Positions 35,467 through 46,229 are shown, numbered from the stretch's first letter. The stretch is 64,000 bases of DNA from an uncultured Candidatus Saccharibacteria bacterium (GCA_964584895.1 CAZPAW010000002.1:130748-194747); one strand, 5' to 3'. Translations and numbers: made by a program. The notes: a model not told the origin generated them from the letters alone.

Positions 35467-36894
35467 ATGGGGAAAGCACTATACCGAAAATATCGGTCAA
35501 AATCTCTTGATGAGATTGTTGGCCAAAAACACATAACCGAAACTCTTGGTAATGCCATTAAATCTGGACACATTAGTCATGCGTATTTATTCACAGGACC
35601 ACGCGGAACAGGTAAAACTAGTATTGCCAGGATAGTCGCGCACTCGGTCAATAATTTGCCCTACAATGCTGACGTAACCGATAATTACGTCGATATTATC
35701 GAGATTGACGCAGCCAGTAATCGCAGGATAGATGAAATCCGAGATTTGAGAGAAAAGGCTATGATTGCTCCTACTTCATCAAAATATAAAGTCTATATTA
35801 TCGATGAAGCTCACATGTTAACAAGAGAAGCATTTAATGCTTTATTGAAAACTTTAGAAGAACCTCCATCTCACGTTATTTTTATACTGGCAACTACAGA
35901 AATCCACAAATTACCAAAAACAATTATTAGTCGAACCCAACATTTCAACTTTAATCCAATTCCAGAATCAGATCTAATAAATCATTTGGAAAATATTGCA
36001 AAAAAAGAAAAGATTAATATCGATAAGTCAGCTCTAGAATTAATCGCAAAACATGGGAGAGGTAGCTTCCGTGACAGCATAAGCTTATTGGATCAGCTCG
36101 GCTCATCTGGAAACAAAATTACTGTCGATACGATTCAACGTGCAATCGGTTCAGCTCCTACTACGATTATTCAAAGCATAATTCATGACATATCAGTCAA
36201 TAACCTCGCCGGAATCCTTGCTACAATCGATCAAATATCCAAACAAAGTTTAGACCCAACAGTAATAGCAGATAGTTTAATTGAAAAAATGCGTGATTCG
36301 ATTCGTAAAGGCGATAATCAAATTCAAAAAAAGAAATTATTTTGGTTATTGAACGAACTTTTAACAGTCCAAAAGTCAGCAGATCCAAGTATTCGTCTAG
36401 AACTAATCTTACTAGAAGCTACCTGGCTTGATGATAATAATAAAGATACCCCAATAATATCTATAAAAAAACAACCAGAAAAACAAAACAAGCAGTCAAA
36501 CGAAGCAGACTTTCAAGTTAAGGAAAAAAGCGAAATTAGTAACAAAAAAGCAGATAATGAATTAGATTTATGGGACAGTGTTATTTCTGACTTGAAGGGT
36601 AAGTACAATTCGTTATACGGCGTAGCCAGAATGGCAGAAGCCAATATTGATGGAAAAACCATAACCCTTAGTTTTAAACATGATTTTCATAAAAGGCGTT
36701 GTAGTGAACCTAGAAATAAAACAATAATAAGCGACACCATTAACAAAATATCAAAAAATGATTACGCACTAAATTTTGTCACCAATCCCAGTATCGTCAC
36801 CAAAGAACCTGAAAAAGAAAGTGTCACAAAATCTTCTGATACACTAGAGACAATAACAAAAGTTTTTGGCGGTGGGGAAGTATTGGACGAATAA
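35467..36894 (+). CDS. dnaX: DNA polymerase III subunit gamma/tau
   Basis: Contains ...HAYLFTGPRGTGKTS..., ...YIIDEAHMLT... and ...TLEEPPSHVIFILATTEIHKLPKTIISRTQ.... Confidence 0.93.
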   Translation: MGKALYRKYRSKSLDEIVGQKHITETLGNAIKSGHISHAYLFTGPRGTGKTSIARIVAHSVNNLPYNADVTDNYVDIIEIDAASNRRIDEIRDLREKAMIAPTSSKYKVYIIDEAHMLTREAFNALLKTLEEPPSHVIFILATTEIHKLPKTIISRTQHFNFNPIPESDLINHLENIAKKEKINIDKSALELIAKHGRGSFRDSISLLDQLGSSGNKITVDTIQRAIGSAPTTIIQSIIHDISVNNLAGILATIDQISKQSLDPTVIADSLIEKMRDSIRKGDNQIQKKKLFWLLNELLTVQKSADPSIRLELILLEATWLDDNNKDTPIISIKKQPEKQNKQSNEADFQVKEKSEISNKKADNELDLWDSVISDLKGKYNSLYGVARMAEANIDGKTITLSFKHDFHKRRCSEPRNKTIISDTINKISKNDYALNFVTNPSIVTKEPEKESVTKSSDTLETITKVFGGGEVLDE

Positions 36895-38259
36895 ATGAAC
36901 CCAAACAATAATAATCCTAGAATACCACCTCAAAACACTGACGCAGAAGCAAGCTTATTAGGCGCAATACTTATCGACAGTGATGCGATTATTAAAATTG
37001 CCGATCAGCTAGACCCTGAAGATTTTTATGACGACAGACATAAAGTAATTTACGAAAATGTAAAAATATTATACGACAAACACAGCCCGATAGATGTATT
37101 AACCCTAACTAATCAACTAAAGGCTCACAATTTACTTGATTCAGTCGGTGGCTCGTCATATTTGAGCGAATTAACTAACTACGTACCAACTGCCGCCCAC
37201 GTTGATCAATATGCAGAGATTGTCTCTCAGAAAGCTCTACGTCGTAGATTAATCCAAAATAGTCAAAATATTGTTAATCTTGGTTATGACGAAACTAAGA
37301 ACCTACAAGAACTAATTGAACAATCGGAAAAGGAATTATTCGAAACAAGCCACAAATATGTAGGTCAAAATGTCGTCAGTCTAGAAGAAATCTTGACCGA
37401 AAGTTTTGATAGATTAGACGAGCTTCATAAAGACAAAGGGAAAATTAGAGGAGTCCCGACTGGGTTTAGAGACTTAGATAAAATTCTAGCCGGTCTTCAA
37501 AAATCAGATTTATTTATATTGGCCGCCAGACCTTCAATGGGAAAGACTGCGCTTGCACTAAACTTGGCGCATAATATAGCCTCTAAGTCAGGCGAACCAG
37601 TTTTGGTGTTCAGCCTCGAAATGAGTAAGGAACAGCTTGTCGATAGATTACTAGCTATGGAATCCGGTGTTGATGCCTGGGCGCTCCGGACTGGAAACCT
37701 CACAGACTCGGACTTTGAAAAGATTGGACAAGCAATGGGAACTCTTGGTGAGGCTCCGATATATATTGACGACAGCCCAGGAATTACAGTTAGCGACTTG
37801 AGGACAAAATCAAGACGTGAAGCACATAAAAGACCAATTGGATTAATAATTATTGATTACCTACAATTAATGAGCGGTGGCGGTAGGTATAACGAAGGTA
37901 ATAGAGTCCAAGAAATATCTGAAATTTCTCGTGGTATTAAAGGAATAGCTAGAGAACTCAACGTACCCGTTATAGCTTTAAGCCAGCTTAGTCGATCAGT
38001 AGAAAGCAGAAGCCCTCAAATTCCTCAATTAGCCGATCTCCGCGAATCAGGATCAATCGAGCAAGATGCAGACGTGGTCGCGTTTATGTACCGAGAAGAC
38101 TATTATAAAGCAGATTCAGATCGTCGAAATATAACCGACATATTTATTAAAAAACACAGGAACGGGCCAACAGGCAGCGTTGAACTATTCTTCGATAAAG
38201 AAAGACAACGTTTTAGATCTCTGGATAAAAAACACGACCAACCATTTTCGGATGAATAA
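36895..38259 (+). CDS. dnaB: replicative DNA helicase DnaB
   Basis: N-terminal ...PPQNTDAEASLLGAIL..., Walker A ...AARPSMGKTALALN... and ...IIDYLQLM.... Confidence 0.96.
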   Translation: MNPNNNNPRIPPQNTDAEASLLGAILIDSDAIIKIADQLDPEDFYDDRHKVIYENVKILYDKHSPIDVLTLTNQLKAHNLLDSVGGSSYLSELTNYVPTAAHVDQYAEIVSQKALRRRLIQNSQNIVNLGYDETKNLQELIEQSEKELFETSHKYVGQNVVSLEEILTESFDRLDELHKDKGKIRGVPTGFRDLDKILAGLQKSDLFILAARPSMGKTALALNLAHNIASKSGEPVLVFSLEMSKEQLVDRLLAMESGVDAWALRTGNLTDSDFEKIGQAMGTLGEAPIYIDDSPGITVSDLRTKSRREAHKRPIGLIIIDYLQLMSGGGRYNEGNRVQEISEISRGIKGIARELNVPVIALSQLSRSVESRSPQIPQLADLRESGSIEQDADVVAFMYREDYYKADSDRRNITDIFIKKHRNGPTGSVELFFDKERQRFRSLDKKHDQPFSDE

Positions 38260-38292
38260 GATCATCACGATGCTATAATAAACATAAATAAT

Positions 38293-39468
38293 ATGGACAA
38301 AACCGACAAACGAGATACTAAGAATTGGTTAAAAATCGCCGGATTAACATTATTTGTAATCGGTATTCTAGCATTTTTATTTTATAATTTAAGTTCTATT
38401 CCACCAGGGGTATCAAACAGGGAAATATCATATATTAATTCTACCAACAGCGTTAATGAATTAATCTCAAATCCAATCAATGCTCCACAAAAAATATTAT
38501 TTTTGTTAGCTAGCTTGCTTAACTTTGACTCAATAACCATATATAGATCGATTTCTTCGTTCTTTGGATTAATAACAGTCTTATGTTTCTATCTATACAT
38601 AAGAAAATACCAAACCCTTAGAGTAAGCTTAATATCTACGGCACTATTAGCATCTAGTAGTTGGTTTTTGCATAATTCTAGGCTAGCGCTACCAATAGTT
38701 TTGTTACCGCTTGGCACAATCATAGTACTGCTGAGTGCCCGCGATATTATTAAAATTGAAAAAACAAAACTATCCAGTGTATTTTCTGGTATCCTAATCG
38801 GTCTGTCTTTGTATATTCCAAGTGTTTTTCTAATTTTTATGACGATGTTAATCTTCGGCCTTAAATCGAAAAAGGAAAAACTTCAACTTAAACAACTGTC
38901 GATTCTATTGACTACCGCATTAATCGTTATCATTCCTTTAATTTTAGCAATAATAAAAAATTCAGATTTGTTATTAACTTTATCGGGATTGCCAAATTCA
39001 TTTATGCCAATTGAATGGTTAAAAAGGTTAGCGATTATTCCGATTTTCCTTTTTGCTAAAGGACCATTTGATCCACTGATTAATATCGGTAGATTACCTT
39101 TACTTGATTTGTATAGTTGCGCTTTAGTTCTGCTGGGTGTATACGCAATGTATTTCAAACTGCGTGAAAAAAATATAAAACAGATAGTGATAGCCGTTTT
39201 ATTCTCAGTTCTATTAATTTCGCTCGCAGGGATACCATTGCTCGGACTTATATTACCATTGATTTTTATTGTCGCGAGTTATGGTGTAGCTTTGATACTT
39301 CAACAATGGTTTACTATATTTCCAAAAAATTCATTAGCAAAGAATATCGGAGTTATAATCTTTATTATATCGTTAATATTCGTAGGGGCTTACCACGCTA
39401 AGAGATATTTTGTAGTTTGGCCTAATACCCCTGCTACACAAGCAGTTTTTCGCACACAAACACCGTAA
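38293..39468 (+). CDS. polytopic membrane protein, function unknown (possibly GT-C/ArnT-like)
   Basis: 391 aa with at least 9 hydrophobic segments. The functional suggestion rests on topology alone. Confidence 0.6.
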   Translation: MDKTDKRDTKNWLKIAGLTLFVIGILAFLFYNLSSIPPGVSNREISYINSTNSVNELISNPINAPQKILFLLASLLNFDSITIYRSISSFFGLITVLCFYLYIRKYQTLRVSLISTALLASSSWFLHNSRLALPIVLLPLGTIIVLLSARDIIKIEKTKLSSVFSGILIGLSLYIPSVFLIFMTMLIFGLKSKKEKLQLKQLSILLTTALIVIIPLILAIIKNSDLLLTLSGLPNSFMPIEWLKRLAIIPIFLFAKGPFDPLINIGRLPLLDLYSCALVLLGVYAMYFKLREKNIKQIVIAVLFSVLLISLAGIPLLGLILPLIFIVASYGVALILQQWFTIFPKNSLAKNIGVIIFIISLIFVGAYHAKRYFVVWPNTPATQAVFRTQTP

Positions 39469-39512
39469 GAGTTTGTTACAATATAAATACAAATTAGATT
39501 AAAGGAGATGAT

Positions 39513-39806
39513 GTGAGCAAATTTGACCAAGCTAAAATGTTACTTAAAGTAAAAAAACTTCAAAAAGAACTTTCAAAACAAGTAATAACCGTAGAAGCAG
39601 GAGAAGGTGCGGTTCAAGTAGAAATTACTGGAGAACAAAAAATTAAAAAAATCCATATAGACCCAGAGTCAATTGATTTAGATGACATAGGGCAACTTGA
39701 AAAATGGGTCGAAGAAGCAGTTAAAGACGCTATATCAAAGAGTCAAAAAATAGCTGCCGAAAAAATGCAGCCAATGATGGGCGCCTTAGGCGATTTGGGC
39801 TTATAA
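39513..39806 (+). CDS. YbaB/EbfC-family nucleoid-associated protein
   Basis: 97 aa. Contains ...MLLKVKKLQKELSKQVITVEAGEGAVQVEITGEQKIKKIHIDPE.... GTG start after AAAGGAG. Upstream of recR. Confidence 0.88.
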   Translation: MSKFDQAKMLLKVKKLQKELSKQVITVEAGEGAVQVEITGEQKIKKIHIDPESIDLDDIGQLEKWVEEAVKDAISKSQKIAAEKMQPMMGALGDLGL

Positions 39807-39828
39807 TCCGAAAAATCGTAATTATATT

Positions 39829-40434
39829 ATGCAAGTAATTCCGCCAGCGTTAACAGACCTCATCGAAGCATTCAGCGCATTACCGGGAGTTGGGCCAAGG
39901 TCTGCGGAAAGATTTGCGTATTATCTTTTTAGGTCCGATAATTCAAAAAGCACAAAACTGTCAGACAGCCTAAATAATCTTCATAAAAACATAAAATTAT
40001 GCAAAAAAACCTTCGCGTTAATTGAAAGCACTAAAGAATTTTCCGATTTATACACTAATCCTTCTAGAGACAAGCAGGTTATAGCAGTCGTCGCAGAGCC
40101 GTTTGATGTGGTGGCACTAGAAAATACTAGCCATTTTAATGGCACATATCATGTACTCGGAGGTTTAGTATCACCTATCGATGGCATTTCACCCGAATCA
40201 CTCCATATAAAAGAGCTTGTTCAAAGAATAGATGACGATAAAGTAAAAGAGATAATATTGGCCACTAATTCAAGCGTTGAAGGACAGTCGACCGCTTTAT
40301 ATATTCAACAGCAAATCGGCAATCGGCCTGTCAAGATTACTCGTTTAGCCAGAGGGTTGCCAATTGGAGTAGACTTAGAATATGCAGACCAAATAACTTT
40401 AACTAGCGCTCTACAAGACAGGCAGGCTTTATGA
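39829..40434 (+). CDS. recR: recombination protein RecR (zinc-finger cysteines largely absent)
   Basis: HhH ...LPGVGPRSAERFAYYL... and Toprim ...VIAVVAEPFDVVALENTSHFNGTYHVLGG.... Only one Cys remains where the C4 finger is expected. Confidence 0.9.
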   Translation: MQVIPPALTDLIEAFSALPGVGPRSAERFAYYLFRSDNSKSTKLSDSLNNLHKNIKLCKKTFALIESTKEFSDLYTNPSRDKQVIAVVAEPFDVVALENTSHFNGTYHVLGGLVSPIDGISPESLHIKELVQRIDDDKVKEIILATNSSVEGQSTALYIQQQIGNRPVKITRLARGLPIGVDLEYADQITLTSALQDRQAL

Positions 40435-41444
40435 ACAAAAATGATATTAAAAAAATTGACGAGATAATAAAGCAGGCAAAGATCATACTGATAATCCAAG
40501 CCGACAATCCAGATGGGGATAGTCTAGCCAGTAGTCTTGCTCTTGAACAAATACTGCATAAACTAGGCAAAGAACCGATTATGTATTGTAGTGTCTCTGT
40601 TCAAAGTTATCTTAAGTACCATAATGGTTGGGACAGAGTAAACAATGAAATACCGAGTAGTTTTGATGCAAGTATTATTGTCGATACATCTACAATCACC
40701 CTACTACAAAAACTTCAAGAAAGTAATTCAGCTAGTTGGGTTAAATCCAAGCCATGTATAGTATTAGACCATCACGCTGAAACAAAAAATGATATTGATT
40801 TTGCAACAGTAGAGATAACCGACCCGTCCTCATCCTCGACCGGAGAACTCGTCTTCAAGCTATCAAAAGAGCTGAATTGGCCAATCGACAAAATATCGGG
40901 TTTAAATATTATGTCGGCTATACTTAGCGATACTCAAGGCCTCACCAACGATTTGGCATCACCCGATACTTATAGATTACTAGCAGATCTTGTAGAACTG
41001 GGCGTAGATAGACCAGCCTTAGAGGATAAACGTCGCAATATGTCTAAAATGGAGCCCGTTATATTTAAATACAAATCTAGACTCATCGATCGGACAGAAC
41101 TACTAATCGACAATCAATTAGCATTCGTAGTTATACCTCAAAACGAAATCATTGAATACAGCCCCCTGTATAATCCAGCTCCTCTAATACAGACTGATAT
41201 GCTCCAGATTAACGGTGTTGGTATAGCTTTAGTGGTTAAGCAATATGACGATGGGCACATTACTGGCTCAATCAGATGTAATCAAGGTTATGGAATAGCA
41301 TCAATGATTGCCGAAGAACTCGGCGGTGGCGGGCATGAATATGCTTCGGGTTTCAAAATTCAAAGTCCTATACAACTAAAAGATCTTAAATCAGACATAA
41401 TTAGAATAGTACAAAAACATTTAATAAGCAGAAGTCATGGATAA
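40431..41444 (+). CDS. DHH/DHHA1 phosphoesterase (NrnA-like)
   Basis: Contains ...ADNPDGDSLAS..., ...VLDHHAE... and ...GGGGHEYASGF.... Confidence 0.85.
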   Translation: MNKNDIKKIDEIIKQAKIILIIQADNPDGDSLASSLALEQILHKLGKEPIMYCSVSVQSYLKYHNGWDRVNNEIPSSFDASIIVDTSTITLLQKLQESNSASWVKSKPCIVLDHHAETKNDIDFATVEITDPSSSSTGELVFKLSKELNWPIDKISGLNIMSAILSDTQGLTNDLASPDTYRLLADLVELGVDRPALEDKRRNMSKMEPVIFKYKSRLIDRTELLIDNQLAFVVIPQNEIIEYSPLYNPAPLIQTDMLQINGVGIALVVKQYDDGHITGSIRCNQGYGIASMIAEELGGGGHEYASGFKIQSPIQLKDLKSDIIRIVQKHLISRSHG

Positions 41445-42855
41445 AATAAGATTATACAACACAGCCACAAAAAACATTGAAGATTTCTATCCGATAAACC
41501 CAAAGAAAGTCGGCTTTTATAGTTGCGGACCAACTGTTTATGATTTTCCTCATATCGGAAATTGGTACACATTCATTAGATACGATGAACTTAATAGAAT
41601 GCTTAAACTTGCAGGTTACAATACATCTTGGGTAATGAACATTACCGATGTCGGACATCTAGTTAGTGATGAAGATGAGGGTGAAGACAAGTTAGAAAAA
41701 GGAGCAAAAAGAGAAGGAACAACTGCATGGGATATTGCAAAAAAATATACACAATATTTTGAGCAAGGATTAGAGCGACTAAACATTGAGAAGCCTGATA
41801 AACTACCAAAAGCAACAGATCATATTACCGAACAAATCGAATTAATTAAAAAGCTAAAACGTAACAAGCATATCTACATTATTGATGACGGGGTATATTT
41901 CGATACTTCAACTTTTCCTGATTATGGCAAACTGGCTGGAATAAAATTATCGGGGCAACAAGAAGGGGCTAGAGTTGCTATAAATAAACAAAAACGTAAT
42001 CCTAGCGACTTTGCGTTATGGAAATTCAGTCCTAAAACTAAAGATGAAAAAAAACGCGACATGGAATGGGATAGCCCATGGGGCAAAGGATTCCCAGGAT
42101 GGCATTTAGAGTGTAGTGCCATGAGCATGAAATATCTCGGTCAAACACTAGATATTCATGGCGGAGGCGTTGACCATATTCCTGTCCACCACACCAATGA
42201 GATTGCTCAATCCGAGGGAGCTACCGGTAAACCTTTCTCAAATTTCTGGTTTCATAGTCACTTTAATTTAGTTAACGGTAAGAAAATGTCAAAATCCTTG
42301 GGCAATTTTTACACTCTTGAGGATATCGAAAACAAAGGCTTTAGTGTTATAGCTTTTCGCTTATTGGTTTTGCAGTCACACTACCGAACAGATGCTCATT
42401 TCAGTTGGGATAATTTACAAGCTGCTCAGAATAGATTGCAAGAACTTACTGCTATGGCTGATATGCAGTGGCAACCTTTAGCGAAGAAAGCACAAATGAA
42501 TAGGTATGCACACAAAATCAATATTATTAACGCACTCGCTAATGACCTGAACACCCCCGAGGCATTAGCCATTCTTGCGCAAATTTCAAATGATATCGTT
42601 AGTAATTCAATCCACAAAAACGAAATACCTTCGTTGATAGAGTTTCTTAGTTTTCTTGATTCAGCATTCGGTCTTTCATTGAGCGGAAGAAGTGACATCA
42701 GTACAGAACAGAAAAACACGTTACAAAAAAGAAAAGAAGCGAGAGACGCTAAGGATTTTGAAGCCTCCGACAGATTACGTGATGTTCTAAAAAAACAGGG
42801 GATTATCGTACGTGATACAGATCATGGACAAATCTGGTCGCGAACACTATCTTAA
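41437..42855 (+). CDS. cysS: cysteine--tRNA ligase
   Basis: Contains ...YSCGPTVYDFPHIGNW..., ...GWHLECSAM... and KMSKS (...GKKMSKSLGN...). Confidence 0.95.
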   Translation: MDKIRLYNTATKNIEDFYPINPKKVGFYSCGPTVYDFPHIGNWYTFIRYDELNRMLKLAGYNTSWVMNITDVGHLVSDEDEGEDKLEKGAKREGTTAWDIAKKYTQYFEQGLERLNIEKPDKLPKATDHITEQIELIKKLKRNKHIYIIDDGVYFDTSTFPDYGKLAGIKLSGQQEGARVAINKQKRNPSDFALWKFSPKTKDEKKRDMEWDSPWGKGFPGWHLECSAMSMKYLGQTLDIHGGGVDHIPVHHTNEIAQSEGATGKPFSNFWFHSHFNLVNGKKMSKSLGNFYTLEDIENKGFSVIAFRLLVLQSHYRTDAHFSWDNLQAAQNRLQELTAMADMQWQPLAKKAQMNRYAHKINIINALANDLNTPEALAILAQISNDIVSNSIHKNEIPSLIEFLSFLDSAFGLSLSGRSDISTEQKNTLQKRKEARDAKDFEASDRLRDVLKKQGIIVRDTDHGQIWSRTLS

Positions 42856-43943
42856 TCTATTTTTGATAACGTTTTTTGAGCAGTTGTTCTGTTTTCAAAA
42901 TATTCAACTAAAACAAGTCTAATACAAGCAACTATAGGAATAGCCACAAATGCACCAATTATTCCGCCCGCACTAACACCTATTAAGGCGGCAATAAAAA
43001 CAGTTAATGGACTAATTTCGCTTTGCCAAGATTGAATTAATGGTTGGATCGTAATGTTTTCTAACTGCTGATAAGTTAAAAAGAATATGGCCATAACAAA
43101 TGCTAGTGGTAAAGACGTAAACGAACATAATATCACCACTATAAAGGCACCGACAGTAGCGCCAAACATAGGTATCAAGCTAGTTAAGGTCACTATTAAC
43201 GCTAATACAACTGCGTTTATATCGCCACCAAAAATTGCACTAGCCGCAAGTAATGCAAATAACGAAACAGTACCGGCAATTACAGCTATTAGCAACTGAC
43301 CGTTGACATATCCGGTAACTAATCGGTACATCTTTGAAAGTAGTCTTTTTCTTTTACGAAGCTCTTTAGGGTTTTGTAGCGTCCAAGAATATGCAATCCA
43401 ATCAGGACCCTCAACTAACATCATAAAAGTTAATGTAAGGACAATAATTAGTGAGATTATTGCAGTCCATACTTTATTAGCAGTCGATAATACAGAACTA
43501 CCTGCATCTTCAAAGCTATCCCTAAAACTAACAGTGGCTCTATCAATATCATCTTCTAGGTTATATTCACGTATATATTTTTGTACAGTACTGTCTTCTT
43601 GTGTGTATTTTGAAAATGTTTCAGGTAGATGCTTTACAAAAGTTGTAGTTTGCGAAGCAATCGTAGGCACGACAACAATTAAGAACGACGAGATTAGAAG
43701 CAGAACCATAACATAAGCTGCGCCTGTCGCACGGACCCTGCTCTTGCTTTTTAGATGTTTCGAAATCCAACTTACAGCTGGATTAAGAGCTACAGCTAGA
43801 AATGCAGATATAAAAATCAGAATTATGATATTGGCAATTTTAGATAAAAACGCAAAACACAGAATAGACAATACTCCAATAACAACGACTCTTATGATTG
43901 TTCTATAAGTGAATGAGACGACTATTTTTTTGTCACTAAACAT
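42852..43943 (-). CDS. AI-2E family transporter (PerM/UPF0118-like)
   Basis: 363 aa with about 8 TM segments and typical family length and architecture. The 3' end overlaps cysS by 4 nt. Confidence 0.65.
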   Translation of the reverse strand: MFSDKKIVVSFTYRTIIRVVVIGVLSILCFAFLSKIANIIILIFISAFLAVALNPAVSWISKHLKSKSRVRATGAAYVMVLLLISSFLIVVVPTIASQTTTFVKHLPETFSKYTQEDSTVQKYIREYNLEDDIDRATVSFRDSFEDAGSSVLSTANKVWTAIISLIIVLTLTFMMLVEGPDWIAYSWTLQNPKELRKRKRLLSKMYRLVTGYVNGQLLIAVIAGTVSLFALLAASAIFGGDINAVVLALIVTLTSLIPMFGATVGAFIVVILCSFTSLPLAFVMAIFFLTYQQLENITIQPLIQSWQSEISPLTVFIAALIGVSAGGIIGAFVAIPIVACIRLVLVEYFENRTTAQKTLSKID

Positions 43944-43945
43944 AT

Positions 43946-45079
43946 CTATAATACATTATGGGATGTATGAACTTTTTTTGCAATTACACTATTATATTCA
44001 TCTAGTATTTTTGGTGCGACAATATCGACATCAAATTTTTTCATTAGTTCATATTGAAATTTATGATCACTAGCAAGATCTCTATTGATAAATTCCTCAA
44101 GCTTTGATGCAAATAATTTTACATTTTTGGGGTTAAATAGGTAATCCTTCTTCTGCAGAACTTCACTATATCCAGGATTGTCACCACCTAAAACAACACC
44201 AGAACCACAAGCCATAGCTTCAATTAACACAATACCAAAACTCTCGCCTCCAATCGATGGAAACACTGCAATTTTCGCCCCAGATAACAATTTTGCTTTT
44301 TCTTCTTCTGTTACTCGACCAAGTAATTGAATGTGTTTTGTTAGTTTGTTATTAGTAATATATTTTTCAATTTTTGCCCTATCAGGGCCATCGCCTGCTA
44401 TCACAAGATTTGGAACAATCATATTCTTTTGATTTTGGAGTAAATATTCATAGGCTTTTACTAGTTCGAGGCAACCTTTGCGTTTTACAAGTCTACCTAA
44501 AAAAACGATATCTTTTTGATCGGCTGGTTTATTTTTAGATATATTGAGTCTTGAATAATCGACTACATTTGGGATAATTTTTGAATCAATATTAAATGTT
44601 GATTTTGCTGTTTGTTGCGCCGCTGATGAAACACTAATTACAGAATCAAATAACCCGAGGTTTGGTCGTAATACGTAACCAAGTGCCCAAGTCGAAAACT
44701 TGTGTAGTTTTGAAAAAGGCGCGATATGAAATGTCCCAATTATTGCTGTGCGCGGGGGAGACAGTTGGATAATTCTTGCGGCAAGCATTGGACTATAAGG
44801 CATCTGGATATGCAACACATCAAACTTTTCTCTGATTAGAACTTTTCTTATTGATCTTGATGAGCTAGGTAGTGGTATTGTAAGTTTATTTTTATTAAAT
44901 CTTACAGGGATCTTAGAGGCCAACGAATGCAGTCTATCTATGTCTTGCCGATTACTTGATCCACATAAATAATGGACCTCTATCCCTTTTCGAGTCATCC
45001 ATAGCCCAAGATTTAATATATACTGCTGAACCCCGTCGGTGGTATCTAGGCTATCATCTAATACAAATCCAACTTTCAT
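43946..45079 (-). CDS. glycosyltransferase family 4
   Basis: GT-B C-terminal motif ...PSIGGESFGIVLIEAMACGSGVV.... Confidence 0.85.
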   Translation of the reverse strand: MKVGFVLDDSLDTTDGVQQYILNLGLWMTRKGIEVHYLCGSSNRQDIDRLHSLASKIPVRFNKNKLTIPLPSSSRSIRKVLIREKFDVLHIQMPYSPMLAARIIQLSPPRTAIIGTFHIAPFSKLHKFSTWALGYVLRPNLGLFDSVISVSSAAQQTAKSTFNIDSKIIPNVVDYSRLNISKNKPADQKDIVFLGRLVKRKGCLELVKAYEYLLQNQKNMIVPNLVIAGDGPDRAKIEKYITNNKLTKHIQLLGRVTEEEKAKLLSGAKIAVFPSIGGESFGIVLIEAMACGSGVVLGGDNPGYSEVLQKKDYLFNPKNVKLFASKLEEFINRDLASDHKFQYELMKKFDVDIVAPKILDEYNSVIAKKVHTSHNVL

Positions 45080-46212
45080 TTGTTAAGCTTCTTTTTCGCT
45101 ATTGCATCTTTATAGACACGCTCGTATGAGTCGGTAATTTTTTTATAGTCATAGTTTGTTATATATACTTTTGCCCATTTCAACCAAAGCTCTCGGAGTT
45201 CATTATCAAACATCAATAACTTTAATTTTCCTGCGAATGCTTGAGTGTCCCTAGGATTAATAATTGAAAGATTTCCTTTGTCCTGCATAACCGCGGTGTA
45301 GCCAGGGTTATCGCCAGCTACTACGACTGCGCCGGCCGCCATTGCCTCCAGCAAAACGATACCAAAACTTTCCCCAAATATCGCAGGCGAACAGTAGATA
45401 TCACAATTATGTAGCAAATCAATTTTTTTGTTTTCACTAACGTAACCTAAGAATTCAACTCCTGGGATCTTTTTCTCTTTCACTAATGACTCTAATTTTT
45501 TTCGTTCTGGTCCATCGCCAGCAATTATTAACTTGATGTTGCTTACTTCACTGACAAGTTTCATATAAGCGAGTATAAGATATTTAACTCCTTTTCGTTT
45601 TTCCAACCGTCCAATAAATACAATATTTTTTGATTCTTTTGATTTTTTGCTTTTTTTCGAATATTTAGAAACATCGACACCGTTTGGGATTATGACAGGA
45701 TTTTGTTTGCTAATTACTCTATAGTATTCCGCTGCCGCATCTGATACAGCTGTCGAAATATCGAGCGATTTAACTATAGATTTTGTATAAGGGGTTATTA
45801 CTTTTTCGACCGTTTTACTAAGTACAGTTTCGGGTAATTTTGCATGAAACGTGGCAACATTAGCACAAGTTGATTTCGCTAATATTTGCATCGATAACAT
45901 AGGAACCCAAGGTTCATGAAAATGTATTACATCAAAATTATGTTCTGCGAGCATATCGTCTATTGCCTTTAAGTCAACTGAGGCCGAGATTTGAGCTGTT
46001 GTTGCCTGGAAGGGAGATTTGATATCTGCTGAAGTACCAACTAAAATCATGCCAGTCGGTTCTTTTTGTAATTTTTTGAAGCCTATTGGGCGTGGAGTAA
46101 TAATGTATACTTCATGGCCTCTAAGAATTAGCTCTATTTGTAAAGCCTTAACGCATTCCTGAACGCCACCACCCTTAAACATATCATAGGGGCATACTAA
46201 CCCAATCTTCAT
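45076..46212 (-). CDS. glycosyltransferase family 4
   Basis: Contains ...PAIFGESFGIVLLEAMAAGAVVV.... ATGA overlap with the downstream GT4 gene. Confidence 0.85.
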   Translation of the reverse strand: MKIGLVCPYDMFKGGGVQECVKALQIELILRGHEVYIITPRPIGFKKLQKEPTGMILVGTSADIKSPFQATTAQISASVDLKAIDDMLAEHNFDVIHFHEPWVPMLSMQILAKSTCANVATFHAKLPETVLSKTVEKVITPYTKSIVKSLDISTAVSDAAAEYYRVISKQNPVIIPNGVDVSKYSKKSKKSKESKNIVFIGRLEKRKGVKYLILAYMKLVSEVSNIKLIIAGDGPERKKLESLVKEKKIPGVEFLGYVSENKKIDLLHNCDIYCSPAIFGESFGIVLLEAMAAGAVVVAGDNPGYTAVMQDKGNLSIINPRDTQAFAGKLKLLMFDNELRELWLKWAKVYITNYDYKKITDSYERVYKDAIAKKKLNK

Positions 46213-46229
46213 ACTATTGATTATACCAT

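Noticed and set aside
36327-36333. A AAA AAG heptamer in dnaX, in the same phase as the E. coli tau/gamma -1 frameshift site
   Set aside because: Such heptamers are expected by chance in a Lys-rich, AT-rich gene. The -1 frame runs about 32 codons before a stop (36429-36431) rather than stopping at once, and I see no strong downstream hairpin or upstream SD-like stimulator.
43303-43716. 137-aa plus-strand ORF inside the AI-2E transporter gene
   Set aside because: It is antisense to a long membrane-protein gene, with no SD and no motif.
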